NCBI RefSeq assembly: GCF_020745735.1
Contig: NC_083409.1
Span: 57,246,048 to 57,310,047 of the forward strand
Length of the DNA stretch: 64,000 nt
From: Hemiscyllium ocellatum
Lineage: Eukaryota
Reading direction: 5' to 3'
Within the stretch, counting starts at the first letter, position 1, and each line of letters opens with the position of its first letter. The notes beneath the pieces are model-generated. The model was not told the DNA's origin. It saw nothing but the letters and a program-made list of their open reading frames with translations, and ran no database searches. Below, piece after piece: positions 39,601-54,600 of this stretch. A program made the position numbers and the translations under genes.

Positions 39601-42600
39601 GATCCATTAGAAAGTATGAGGAGAAATGCAACATGGCAGATTAGCTAAATAATTATTACATCTGATTTATTGAGGATTGTACAAGAAATCTCCCAGACTC
39701 AAAAATCCAAGTTACTGTGGAGAATGAGAAGTTGAAGGAAATAAATAAATAAATATTGTGTACTGGACAAATTAAGGGGCTGAAAGCTGACCAGTCCCCT
39801 GGATGTGATACTTTGCATCCCAGAGTGTTAAAAGTAGTAGCTGTAAAGATAGTTAACATGCTGGTAAACATTTTTCTAACTTGAAAGATTCTAGGTATTC
39901 TTGGATTGGACGCTAGCAAATGTCACCCCACTTTTTAAGGAGTTGCGGCGGGGGGGTGAGAGAAAATAGCTACAGTCATGTTAGCCTTGCATCAGTAGTA
40001 GAGAAAATGCTAAATTCTTAGGAGGAATGAATAAATATCAATGGTTTTGATGTGGGGGTGAATATAATAATTTCAGGCGTGTGATTGATGCAAAAGTAGA
40101 TAGAAATATTTTGTCAGGAAGATGCAAAGCAGCTATTGTAGCATTTAGGTAGGCTTTATAAGAGGGGGAGAACATGAGAGATGGAATACCATGTGGAAAA
40201 ATGAAAGGTTGTCTATTTGGAAGGAGTAATAGATGTGGAGACTATTTCTTAAGTGATTAAGAGGGTAGAAATTGTAGATGTATAAAGGGACCTAAGTTTC
40301 CTTGTCAATAAGTCATTGAAGGCTAACTTGTACATGGTACAAGCTATTAGAAAGGTTAATGGAATGTTAGCTTTATCACAAGAGAATTTGATTGGAGTAG
40401 CAAAGTCTTCATTTGTATTGAAGCTTGGTTAGACAGCACTTCATGTAGTTTTGGTCTCCTTATCCTAGGAAAAATATTGCTGCACTCCTTCTTTGGCCAA
40501 ATTCATCAGGTTTGTTTTTGGGATGACAGAATTAAGGGAGAGAGCAGGTCAGGCTGTTATCTAGAAATTCAAAGAATCAGAGGTGATCTTTTTAAAGCCT
40601 GCAAAGTATTTGAAAGGATTGACATAGATGAACTGTGATGGTTCACTGCTGCCACCACCTTAAGGGAAATTGGGGTTGGGCAATAAATGCTGCAGCCAGT
40701 GATTCTGCAATCGCATAAATGAATTTTGAGACTTCCCCTGTGGTTAGAAAGTCTACAAGCTGGGGAATTCAATTTGGGACCCACGTGTGAAGAAATTTTC
40801 GCACTCGAGTTTGTGAATCTTTGGAAATCTCTCCTTCTGTAAAACGTATGCCATAAGCATTCTTTGCTTTTTAAGATGCTGTTTCCACCATCTACCCAAA
40901 TATCATCTTGGAGTCAAATCTTGTTTAGTAGCGCTCCTATACACTACCCCCTGGGTGTGATTTACTGCCTTGATGGTGTTACAGAAATGTAAATTACTCT
41001 ATCATCATGTCAGAGATTTATGCATCCTCGTTAATATATGAAAATATTAAATGAAATGTCCGCAAATCAGAGGAAGTATTTGACGAGATAGGTTCAAGAG
41101 GGAGGTATTAAAGTGGGCCTTTAAAGAAAGATGTGGCAAAGTTTGGGAAGGGAATTCCAGGTCTTGGACCCTAGATGTCTATAAACATTACTCTGATGTT
41201 GGATTGAATTAGTGGGAAATACAAAGGACACTTTTGTTAAGGTCACAGTTTGTAGACATTTAAAAAGAATAGTTACAGGTACAGAAAGGATATTTGAGGT
41301 TTTGATCATGAATGTAAACTTTAAAATTACATTTGTAGACCAGCAGAGTGGTGAGAAAAGAAACTGGACTTTATCTTTGCATTCCATAATGATCTTTGAA
41401 AAGGAAGAATGGCTTGAGTGTTTGATTTGCTCCAAGCACATTTGGCAATAGTGGCTAAACTAAGTGTTCATCATAAATGTTTAAATCCCTTGAAATTTGG
41501 GAGTTAATATTGGGCCCTTTTGAGGGAACAGGCAATTTGGGATAAGAGCGGCTTTACTTGGCTATTATGATCTGAGTTGAGTGTAATACAAGACAAGCTA
41601 GACGACCCAGAGTGAAACCTGATTTAGACGATAGGTTGTATTTTTGCAATTTGTTTGCTATGGTTATCATTCATTGAGCATATACACATGGGGATGCAAA
41701 GTCAATTTAAACAAAAGAACATCAATTATTGCACAAAAATATGGAGAGAAAAATTCAAAGCTATATATCAGACAGTTTGGAAGTATTTATAAACCGTGGA
41801 AAGGATTCACCCGGTTTTCACCAGCAATACACATTACAGACATGTAGCCCCAATGAAACATCACCCCTTGCTTCCCTCTTTAGTTTCTTGCTCAACTGAC
41901 AAGTAAGTTACAAGTGTTCCTTCCTAATGATTTTCTACCTTTTCATTGAATATGATCCTGTCATTCATTCCCTGAGACAAAGGCACACGCTAACTCTCTA
42001 CATAAAAAGTTCAGTCTTCTCTAGTTTCTGTAAAAGCTATGAAACTGCAAAACAGCTGGTATGGATCTTTTCTTCTAAATGGCAATTGCCTTTGGCCTCT
42101 GGTTGGTTTTAATTATTCAGTTTGATAAACCCTTGAACAGTTATGTTACCAAATGCTTGCTTTTGTCATTTAGCTTAAGTTACAAGATACCTTGAAAGTG
42201 TTGTTTGACCCACTGCTAAAAAAATGATTCTCCTTCTTATAAAAGAACAAGTCATGGACACAGAACTAAGAACTTTAGAATTCAGTATTTTACAGACAGG
42301 TATATTGACAGCACAGATGGACATGAAAATTTAATTAAGGAGAATAATCATTGCAGAACTACTGTGGCAAATCTTGTTTCAAAGGTTAAACCACTGGGTG
42401 CAAGAGATTTTGATCCTGGAGCAGCAACTGAAGGGACTTCTTTTGCAAGTGTAATGTGAACAAACTGAGATTAATGGTAATTATCAGAGGTTACCTTCTC
42501 TGTGATTTCATAAATGAGGCTGTTGAGAGAATTAGCTCATTTCCTGATGAAGGGCTTGTTCCCAAAACATTGGCTCTCCTCCTCAGATGCTACCTGACCA

Positions 42601-45600
42601 GCTGTGCTTTTCCAGCACCACATTCTTTGACTGTTGAGAGAATGAACTCATTTAAAAGTCATTAAACCTGTGTGACACAGCTGGATTTTAAAGTCTAGTT
42701 GAAAAGGTTAAAATATTCTGCATCAAAAGCAGTTTGGCTTTAAATGGCTTTGCTGGAGTCAGCAGTTTATTGAATACTGACCTGTAGCTCCAGCACATTG
42801 TTCATTGCAGAAAACAAAAATTGTTTTGCAATGTGAATTTAAACAAAATTGAATTCCAATGTAGAGTGGTCTATACTATGTGGATCTGGGTGCAGCAAGC
42901 AAGTTTTGCTTCAACAGTACTGTTTGCATGATAACCAATGCCCCATGAACAGTTGAAGAAGAATGAGAACAAAAGATCACAAATGTGTAGGAGAAATTAA
43001 GCTGAACCAAGTGGAAGGTACTTTATCCACCAGCACATGGGAATTATCAAAATTGTACTCTCTACTAACAGTGCTGCAAGTGAACTTTATGTCCAAGAGT
43101 AATGCAGTCACTTTCAGTACCTGGTAATAACTGATGTAATGACCAAGTGTGCCTGTAACTGGTAGTGATCGTGCAGTTTTGATGACAATTATACTGTTAC
43201 TAGACAGACCCCATTGCATAACTGAACTGAGAGCTTCAGTCGGTATTTTGACTTCACATAACAGAACCAACTGATATTTGAACCAAAAGAGGTGAGACCA
43301 AGGACTGAGTCTGTTTTAGGGTTGTCCAATGGGACATTATTTCTAAACCACTGTGAAGATTGGCTCTTGGCAGGTATCCATGCTGTCCTTAAAGGGAGAA
43401 GCAGGACACATAATGGAGCAAGAGAAATTATTTAAGGGAAAATCTGATATATTTCTTCTAACATTTTTATTTGCAGAAGCCTGGTTTGCTTGGCGACCCA
43501 TCTGTTTTACTTCAAACTGCTTTGGGCCGAGGGCCAACTACAATGATGAACCCTGGGAAAGGAATTTTGGCTGACTCACCAAAGGGTAAATTCAGAAGCT
43601 TCCAAACAGTGCAGCTGTAAAACTACCTTGAACCAAAGAGAAAGCTGTTTGAGTGATGAATGAAATGAGTAATGCAAGGGCTCAAATCAGACATCCAACA
43701 AATCGTTACTGAGTTGCAGTGCCCATGACTCTTGTCAAGGCAACCAATAAATAGTGAGAGTCTGAGAAATATCTGTGTGCCAGCAAATGGCAGATGTGCT
43801 GACGTAATAGTCATTGTATGGAAAATGACTACACAAGTATGATGAAGCCAGTCTCCGATTCTAAATTCCCTTTTTGTGAGAGTTTGCATTTCGATCAGTA
43901 ACAGTCCTCTTGGCTTCTGACTGTGAGCATATTTAATGAATTGAGGCAGCCAGAAGTGCTCCTACCGATTTTGCTATTTAAAATAAAATTTGTATTCTTG
44001 CCAACTTTGTGGAATGAATTGTTAACTTTTCTTCGGGTATTCCATGACAGTAGCAAGAGCTTATTTAGCTCTCGGACAGAATGTCCAAACAATTGGTTGT
44101 AATGAAATTAAACAGTTTTAAGAAGACTTTTTAAATATGTGGTAAAGCTGGAGTACAAATACAATTAATAGCTCAAATTAAATGAGACACAGGAGCATTA
44201 TGATGTTGAGACATAAGGAATTGTTGCAATGGGACCTCAAAAGCTTGATCAAAGAACTAAGTTTTTAAGTGTTATAGAGAAAGGTAAGGTGGAATGTTGT
44301 AAAGAAGTCTGGGCCATCAGTGACGGTGCAATTAAAATTAGGAATATGTTGTAATTAGAGTGAACTTATCTGTTTGTCCTTCATTTTATTTAGGTACTTT
44401 AGAAAATAAGTTATCAACATATACATATATCTAATCAAATTAAATTAAATATGTTTTAATTCCAATATTTGGAAGCTTTGAGGAGTAAATCCTTCCAATT
44501 GTTGCTGTATGGAACTGCATGATTGGACAGATGGGGTTGGAATGCAGTTTGATTTTTGACTGCAGGTTTAAAATGTAAAACAAATGTCATCTGATTTTTA
44601 TTGGATATGATTTATATGCTTTTAATCAGCGATGGTGTGATCCCAACTGATACTGTGCAATTCAGATTCCAGACTGAAACTTGGCTTGATGGCTGTTAGG
44701 TTTACCCTAAACACAGCACGGGTGCAGGACATACAAAGTATTTTTATCATATCAAAAAAAAATCTCTTGTACAGTGTTTGTGCCAGAGTTCCTATCTCTA
44801 ATACCTCACTAGGATCAAAAAGCTTGTGACATTTTCATGCAGACTGGAATTGGAGCTTCTTTCTGGAGGTATTATATACCAAGCTTAAATGTACTCTGCT
44901 TTTCAGTAACCTCTTAGAGGTTTTATCCCAACACTTTTGGTCTGGGACTAATTCTTTACTCTGTTACCTAATGCAGTATGTGTCATTCTTCCTCAGAATC
45001 ACTGGCCTGTACAAACTTCCTTCTGTAAGCTTTGCCAAAACCTAATTGTACAACTTTAAAAAAAAAACCTCACCCTCTGAGCTACGGGTGTCTTCCTTGA
45101 GCTTAAAAAGGGCAAGTTCCAGACATCTGTAACAAACTTGACACTCTGTTATTTACTTGAAGGTAAACAAAAATCCATTAGTTTGAAAACTCTCCTTCAA
45201 AAATTGCTTTAAAGAAATCATGACTACAGAAATATTTCTAAATTAACAACTTCAGGCACACTGAAAACCCACAAGTTACTAACTCAAACCAAAAAATCTA
45301 ATTTGCAGTATATGATGTTGAAGAAAATACATAAATATAACATGCTTAAGATGTCATAATGATGGTTCCTGGGGAGGTATTGTGCACTAAATCTAACTTG
45401 TACCTGAATTGGAGGTGCCTTTAATGGAGAAAGAAAGTATTCCATAAAATACAAAAAAGATGAGCACATATTTAGGATAGTTGTATGTAATTGTTTTAAA
45501 ATGCAAAACTAAATTATTTTTCTGCTACTATTTGTATCTGTTTTTTGACGCAGGTATTCCAGTTCCTGCATTGCCTGTTGAATTCACTAAAGTGGCTACT

Positions 45601-48600
45601 CAGCCACTGGTGGGGACATTGTCATTTCAGTCCAATCAGAAACTCCTGGGACAAAATACAAATGAGCATAAATCAATGTTGGAAAAGCCAAATGTAGTCA
45701 TTGGGCCATCTCCAGTTTCTGCTTCAATGACTCAGGCACATCTTCAAGGAATTCCTAATTCATTTCTGAGCAGCTTGACCAGTCAGCAAAAAGCACAAAC
45801 CCAGCCTAAAGTGTCTATGAGTAATGCTGTTTGGGTAAGTAATATTGAGGCACTTCCTCCTTTGTTACATTCTTCCCACTGTTTCTTTTACTATTTACAC
45901 CCTACACCTGCTATCTAATGCACTTGAGTGCACATATTAATATTGTTTGCCTTAGAGTGTGGAAGAAGTTACATCGGGTTGTATTTCGTCAGGATATGGT
46001 ATTTCATAGTGAATTATTAGATTGTAGAATAGTTGATCTTATGTGGCATTGTTTAAAGACCACCAATGATTTGTACTAGTTCCCAAAGGTATTTTTGATT
46101 CTTTTAATAGTTTTTACTTTACCACCATCAATTTTAAACTTCCATCAATTGAGGTTATTATCTGAGATTTGATCCCTTTTCAAAAAAAGGAAATATAATG
46201 ACTTTTTGGTGATCATAGTGATCATCTGATCTGTTTGAGATGAGTTATGAGATGAGTCTGAAATGAAATTAAAAGGGCACTGTGTGTCAGTCAGACATTA
46301 AGAAACAAAACAAATTGCTGGAAAATCTCCAGCGATTTGTGAGTTTGGCGAGAAATCAGAGTTAATGTTTCTGGTCCAATGACCCTTCAAAACTGGAGGT
46401 GGTGGGAAAAGTCTGAGCCAGATGCAATCATTGAGGAATGTAATGTAGCTGTGGAAGTGAGTTTTGGTAAATACCTGTCAAACACCAGAAGTGACAATGA
46501 AGTTTATAAACGGTGAACAAGAAAAAAGATTGGAATGAAATCCTGTCTGAGAGCAAGCAGAACTTTAAGGTGGGCATGCCTGGAAGAGATGTGGCAGTGA
46601 ATTAAACATTGTACAAAAAACTGAAAGAACTGTGGATGCTGGAAATCTGAAATGAAAGCAAATAGCTGGAAAATCTCAGCAAGTCTGGCAGCGTTAATAG
46701 AGAGAAGTCAGAGTTGTTGATTTGGGTCCAGTGACCCTTCTGCAGAATTGGAGAAGAAGCGCTAAGCACTCATCCCGTTTCTGATGTACACCTTTTTGGG
46801 AAGTTAAATTACTGGGTTGAAAGCCATTTGCAAGTTATTGAGATTGGAAAGAAAAATACTTTAGATCTGGAAATACACAAATGAACTGTATTTCAGAAAA
46901 ACAGTTTTGGGGCAGGTAAAAGAAAGAACATGGTTTGGTAATGGCAAAGACCAAAATACCCTCTTCCTCCATTTCCCCAATCCCATGGCATCCTGACCAG
47001 ACATACCCAGAATCTGTGTGGCTTAAGCAACTGCTTTTGGTAGTATGGACACTTAAAATTGAAGCTTCCTACAAAAACATTTTTGAGGTGATTCTCCTTG
47101 AGTTTAGAACCTGAATACCCTTTTCAGTTCAGAAATATGTCGTGGATCAGGGAATAGAAGGGTGCAGACAGGTAGTTCTTCTGGGTCACGACAAAGAATT
47201 AACACAACTTAAACTCAAAATCTCTCAGAAAGGGAGAGATAAGGGTGAAGTAAATGCTCCTGCCACAAGCTGGAGAAAAAAGGTAAGGCAGGCAGAGAAA
47301 TTAAAACTGTCTCCCAATCATTAAAAGTGATTTGGATGGGAAACCACCCCAGTTACTGCTGTTGCAAGATGACAATGTGTGTAATCAAAACTTTATTTCT
47401 AGCAGAAATTTGAGCTGAAAGGCTAGTGTTTATAGTGTTAAAGATCAGTATCTGCTGAGCATGATTGTTGACGAGGATAGCAATTAGGAGTTTACACTAA
47501 AATTAATGGTGACAACTGACTGTTGTAAACAGAGTGTACTCTGCATTCTGGTAAATTATTGGGTGCTCACCATACCTACTAATGGGTAAAATAAAAAAAT
47601 TTCCACCTGAATGTAAGTTAAATTTGGCATGTTGACAAACGTACTTGTGGAAAAGAGTATGTGGTGCCACTGGTGGGGTTAAAGTTGACTTCAAGTAAAT
47701 GTGTTACAGATCCTGTCTCGCTCTGGCCTGTGCTAGCATTTTATTGGAGGATGATTTAATTGTCAGTAGGATGTTACCGTCAAATAGAAAATGACATTCT
47801 AGAGCACCTGGGGAGGGTGGAGAGGGCCGGGGCAGAAAGGTCAGGAGCAAATGAGGTTAAGAAGTCAAACACACTTACGCAAAGCCCCTAAGGTTTGGAG
47901 TGGTTCAGAAATGGTCACCAAATTGAACAGGGCTGAAATCTAGTCAGCAAGATCAGAATGGGTCAAAGTAGGGTACTGGTTGTAAAATAAGGCAAGGAAA
48001 GGCTAATGAAGATGACAAAAGTTGACAGGACAGAGCCAGAAGTTTGCCTAAGGATGAACCCTCCTCATAAAATTGCAGGCAGACCAGTGGAATTCTCAGA
48101 CAGACCAGCTATATGTGGAGCTGAAGTGGAAGAACTGCATGTGAGTAAAGAAAAAAGCAAACAACCACCTGATGGCAGTAGATTTCCAGCTAAAGTGGAA
48201 TAGGTTAGGTTCCCAATATGAAGAGTAAGAGGAACATAACCTGCAGTAGAGTCCACAAGTGCAGTTAAAAACTTATATACTGGGGTTTCAAAGGAAGAAT
48301 ATTAAGCTTTAAACTTTGACCAGTCACTCAGACACTTGTAAGTTTGAGAAGAGAGATGTGAGGATGCAAGTTTAGATGTTGTACAGGATGCAAACATTGT
48401 GTCACCTCCCATCGACCTTGTAGAAATCAAATTTGTAAAAATGCTTGAATCAGTTCTCTGGATTATAGAACTGGGTGGTGTAAAGTTGAAACTCAGGTGG
48501 CATGGAAGAAAGCTGACTTCCATCCACAAAGCAGATTGTGAACTCGGGTTAGGATGCAAAAAGTGAATATTATCCCAACGTATGCTTTATCCCAACTGTG

Positions 48601-51600
48601 TTGTTGGTTCATATTGAATAGAATGCTCATTATAAAGGAATGTCGGATTGTAACAATTAAGCTGCCCAAGCTTACTGTTGGGCAAAATTGGAGTAAATTG
48701 ACCTTTTCTTCATTTTGCCTGAATCAAAGTCTGTCCAAAACACGAATCTTATAAAATTTTGTAAACAACTATGTCAGCATCCAAGTTTGCACACAGAAAT
48801 GGTCATTTGAGCAAGGTACTTGAGTCACTTGGCATTTGTGAGAAATTTATCTGAAGCAAGAGGTAGCTAGAGAAGAAGCAGAATAGTTTTATCACAGTTT
48901 TAGAAACCTGATTCTTATGAATGTCTCCAATTTTTTAAATCCAGGAACAATAATAATAAGGAAAATCAGAAGGAAGTCACTGATTGTAAAACTATTCTAG
49001 TCTATATTCTCAAATAGATGATTGGCAGAGGAAAAATGTGTGGTTGTTCAAGTCTCCTTTTCTCGACAGACTACTACAATGAGCAACCAGACGTCATTGT
49101 TGGGAGTCCCACCACCTGATCTAAAAATACCGAACAATCCTTATCTTAACTTTTGCAATATACTGCCAAATCTCAATTTGCAAGGTAAGAAACCTGGGAG
49201 GTGATCCCTTCTTTTTAGCATATCAGCATGTATCAACTAGTGTTTGTAATGTTTCAAAAGAAAAATTGAACTGCTCAGACCAGTGCTTCCCAAGCATCTT
49301 CCAGATTTGACTCAGTTTTGAGGCATTCTCATGACCTCACTGAGAACTTTTGATCGAGGTGGGGCAGCACTGTTCCTGAGCTAATGACCCCCAAGTTTCA
49401 GCTCTCAACCTCACTTTGTGTCTTGACTATCAATTATGCATTTTTTAGAAGGATGATGAGGAGCACTGCAAATAAATCTGCCACTGATCCAAGGCAAAAT
49501 GCGACATCAAAGCACTAAGTGTAGAGAAATATTTTTGTATTCAAATTATTCTCTCTCTCTGTTCAGAATAACATTACCAGTATTTCCAGTTGAATTTCTT
49601 TCTTGATGCATGTTCAGGATATAGGTATGCAACATAGGAACTTGCATAGAAGTCAGGTTGACTTGTCTCTGATTACCACTGCAGTAGGTTTGTGCCAATT
49701 TAAAATGTATCTGTGCAGAGGTTTATTTTGTTGGAGATTATTTTTTCCCCTGGAGATCTTTTGTTTATTTTTGAGAAATTACTTCCAATCTGTAAAATTT
49801 GGATTTTTGATAAATATGTATGTGTAAGCAAAGCCAACCTTTAATATTTTCCTTAGTCAAATAATCTGTATAATGTTTGTCTGTTGTTTCATGAAGCATA
49901 TTGGAACTGTTGAAAATCTGCCACTGAGAAGTTGCAATCTTTAGGAAAAATAGGAAGATACTTCCCTAAACTTTCATTTTGTTTTTGCTTTCTTGTTGTC
50001 CAGTGTACCCAACCAATTAATTGGTTATTCTAAATTTTGTTCTAAATTTTTAAACTCATGTCTTGTGTTCCCTTCAGTTGGAAATGCCAGTAAGCATAAC
50101 CCTGGGCAACAGCAGACTGGAGTTCTGGAATCCATGTTAAATCCAGCAATCTCAAGGGCAGCCACAGCACCTGAAATGCTACAGACATCCACCTCCCAGT
50201 ATGCATTTGACTGCTATCCTGAGTACACATCAAGCTGTGGGGAATATTCACAGGTAGAGCTGCAGAAAGCAATTTGCAATGGCTGCAGTCATATTGTTTA
50301 AGTTGGATTTTAAATGTATTAATTTTCCATTGCCTTGGTAGAACTGAAATTTAAATGTATAACCAGTATGTGTGTACTTCAATAAACCATGAAATGTGGC
50401 CAAAATAGGCTAAAATTAAGTTGCAATCTAATTCTTAGTTATATAGTAATTAGTTATATAGGTACCTTTAATGTACCTTGTAACATTTGTGTTTCAAAAC
50501 AATTTGTGTGAACTGAAAAAGCAGTGAGATGGGAACAGACCAGTATGGAAAAAGGCCAATGAAATTGTTTCTGTATTGGTAGGATGTCATGCAACAGTGG
50601 TACCAGACCTATGTTCCATCACACAACTCCTCTGAGGCGTTTGTAACCGGATGTGAAAAAGAACAGTGTGAGGTAAGTGAAATTGCTGAGATTGCCATTA
50701 GTTACATAAATAGGCCCATAGTTTTTGAAAGAATCATGGTGCAGTACAGTTTCTTTATTCTGTATTTTTGTATTCTAGCTCCTTAAACAAAAATAAGCTA
50801 GATATTTTTGTGCTCTCTGTTAAATTCAGCTAACTTGCTACAATATCTTTAGTCGAGTCAGAGGCTCCCTGGTGTTGCATCAGATCTGTTGCTGCTGATT
50901 CATTGGTGCACAGGTTTGAGAACAAAGTGCTTTGCCATCTCTCGCTCTAGTGCTTTGAGAATGTTATAAGTTTTCTGCACCTAAACTCTGGAACAGAATG
51001 AGAGTCTCTTAAGAGGATTATTCTTATTAGCGATGATTATTGGGCATAAAGTGAAGCTGAACGCTGAATTACTTGCATAATAAAAAAAACAAACTGAGTA
51101 TTGCTTTGATATTTCATGCCACAGTGGAATGTTTGTGTTTGTGTATATAGTAAGACTAAAGGGATGTTTGTACCTCAGAAAAATGCCTGATTTGGAAGAG
51201 GAAAACTTTGGGAATTGGTCCTGATGATGGAAAATAATAATCCTCACTCCCAGTATAGTCACTTCAATTCTTAGAAAAAAATGGACTTCAGTAAGTTTTT
51301 TCTCAAAAAATGACAAGGTGTACTTCATATCTACTAGCTCTTCTTCATCTGTTTTTTTTCTCTTACAAGTGAAAAAGCAACAAAATCTAGTGCCATTTCC
51401 TCCTTCCATGAGCTCAAAACATGAAGGCAGTGAAGTCCTGTAGAGAGGTTGTGTTGTGGCAGTGTCCAGTACTGTTGTCTGCAGATAGCCCTAGGCAATT
51501 TGTATAAATGTCTTTGTTTTCACCTCTTCCTAACTCCTTTGCTATTATTCATTCAACAGGAGGCTAGGCCAGCATTTATCTCCATATCACTAATTGTGAA

Positions 51601-54600
51601 CTGCTGCCTTGATCTGTTGCAGTCCATTTGGTTTAGGTACTCCCACAATGCTGTTTGGGTGGGGTTTCCATGATTTTAATGTGGTGACAGTGAAGGTGAT
51701 TTAGTTCCAGGTCAGAATGGTTTGTGGCTTGGAATGACGCTCGCTAGGTGAATAGAGGCCACAACTTTGGAAGGTGCTTGAACAAAAACAGAGTGGCAAT
51801 AAAACTCAGCAGATCTGGCAGCATCTGTGGGGAAATAAGAGTTAACGTTTTGGTCAGATGATTCTTCGTCAGCACTGCTTTCTGTTTTTGTCTCTGATCT
51901 CCACTTTCTTGTTTTATTTAATTGCATGTTGGTATATGCTGCTGCCACAGTGGATCAATGGTAGAGGGAGTGAATGTTGAAGGTGTTGGCTGGGGTGCCA
52001 ATCAAGTAGGCTCCTTCATCCTACATGGCATAATGCTGCTTGAGTACTGTTGGAACTGCACTCATTCAGGCAATTGGGAGTATTCTATCATACTCCTGAA
52101 TTGTGTCTTGCCAATGTTGGATAGACTTAGAGACTGTGAGAAGTGTGCAGTAATTCACCGTAATTGAAATGCACGAGAGGAATGTGTGAGAAGGTCAGCA
52201 CTGATGAGATAAAAGCTGGCAGCACAGAATCCCTCACCCTGTTTCTACCTGTCAAGTGGTGTCACATGAAAGCAGGTGTTTGGGTGTTATTTGTCTTTTT
52301 TAGTCCAGGTGGTAGACTACTTTCCCATTTGCAGTACAGCTAGAAAATTTTATTTTAAAATGTTTAGCTCCCAAATTAAATTGAATAGAGATGGCTAGGT
52401 AAGGATGTGTGGTGGCTGTATTATGTGGGAGTTGATGGGCACTGGTGCAATCCATTTCAAGTGTTGGATGCTTGAGTTCAGCTTGAAGTTGAAGCTGGGA
52501 TCTGAGTATGATTGCTGCAACACCTCAAGGAGGAAGAAAGACTTGCCGGGACATTGTTTCAAGAGTCAGCCACACACATTGCATTAATTGTATGAAATTT
52601 GGTCCACATCAGGACAAGGAGGCTATGACTGAGTGAAGCAGATATTGGGATCCAGAATTTATCTTGGAGTAGCTTTCGTCAATGTCTTTGTCTAATAGAG
52701 ACAAGACTCGCGTTCCTGATGTGGGCAAGGGCACAGGCTGCAGAGAGCATGAGCAAACTGTCCAAAGCACTGCTACAGCAGCATTCAAGTCTGGGAGAAA
52801 AAAAGAAATGAAGTAGTATTAGCCTGTGCACAGTGGAAAGAAAAATCAGAGGGAGCATGAGACGTGGTAGTTCTGGGAATGATAGTTGTTCAGTGGGGGC
52901 AGGATTTATTTGAACCATGCTTGGAACTGGTGAATTGTATAACAAACATTGTATTTAGGGCCTTTAACTGATGTGGGTAGAGGGTTCAATTGCAACACAG
53001 TCTTAAAAAATCAAAAGAAATGAGAGAACAGAAATGCAAGGTCTTGAAGAGGCAATGATAAAATGCAACAAAACGGAAACAAAATGTGCAGCAGCAAATA
53101 GAATCAGATTAAGTAGTAACGGCTAAAAACTCAAAGCTCAAGGCTGTCTATCTGAATGCAAGCAGCATTTGTAGAAAGATAAACAAGTTGGTGCCAATGG
53201 AATGAATGAATACAACTTGATAGCTGTTACAGAGATGTCGCAACAGGTGACCAGGACTGGTAGCTCAATATTCAAGCATATTTGATGTTCTGGAAGAATA
53301 GATAAAATGAAAAGATGGTGAGAAAGCATTGTTAATAAAAGAAAATATTAGTACAGTGATACAGGTGCAATAGATCATAATGCTGAATCTGTTTGGATAG
53401 AAATAAGTAGCAGCAAGAGACAGAAGTCATGTGTGGCTGTCGTCTACAGTGCCCCGAAGAGTTGATTCACCTGTAGGACAATGTATAAATCAACAAATTG
53501 TAGAGTCATGCCAGAAGGACACAACAATTGACTTTGGCCATTTTAATCTGTTATGGCTAGACAAATCAGATTGGCAAAAGGAATGTGGGAATTGAATTTG
53601 TATGTATCAGGCTTTTTATTTTAAAACAATGTGTGCACAAGTGACCTGGGAACAGTCATTTTCAGATCCAGTTACGTGTAATGATGTAGGATTAATAAGA
53701 TTTTGTATTTTTGAGTTCTCTACAGGGTAGTGATCAGAACATGTTAGAATTTCAAATTCAGTTTGAAGGAGAGCAAATGGAGTCTCAAACCAGTGTTCTC
53801 AACTAAAATAAGGGCAATCAGTTTGTGATATGAAGAAAGAACTACCTAAAGTAGGCAGGGAAAATGGACTTGAGGGAAAGATCAGTAAGCAGATATTTTA
53901 TAATAATCAGCAAAAAAAAATCTTGATAAAGAGAAGGACTCAATGAGAATAACAAACCAGCTTTGGTTAACAAAAATGTTCAAAGAACATGTAATCAAAA
54001 ATTGAGGCATATGCAGTGGGGAAAATTAGTGGGAAGTCAGAGGCTTGGAAAATTTTTAGGAACCAATAATGGATGACTTAAACACTACATTAATTTAAAA
54101 AAAATACTTTAAAAATATATATTTATCTGTCCATCTCTCCCAGCTTTTGAGCAGCTGGTTGTGATTTGTCTCCTGAACAGCTGCAATCCTTTCCCACAAT
54201 TGGTGAGGGAGAGATTTCTGACCTTTATGATGGTTGGAAGTTCATTGATACAGTTAAAATGTTTGGGATTGAAACACTACCCTGAGGAATTCCTACATCG
54301 ATGTCCTGTGCCTCCTGATGACTGACCTACAACAATCACTAACATCTTCCTTTTGCGTTAGTTATGGACTCCAACCAACACAGTTTTTTTCCCCCTAATT
54401 CCCATTGGTTTGAATTTTGATATAGTTCTTTGTCATGTTTGGTCAAATGCTGCCTAGATCTCAAAGGCAGTTTCTGTCACTCATCCCCTGGAGTTGAATT
54501 CTTTTGTCCATATTTGGGCTAAGATTGTGAGGAGGTCAGAGGTTGTGTGGGCTTGGTGAAACTCAAAGTGAAAGCAATGATCAAATTATAATTAAGTGCC

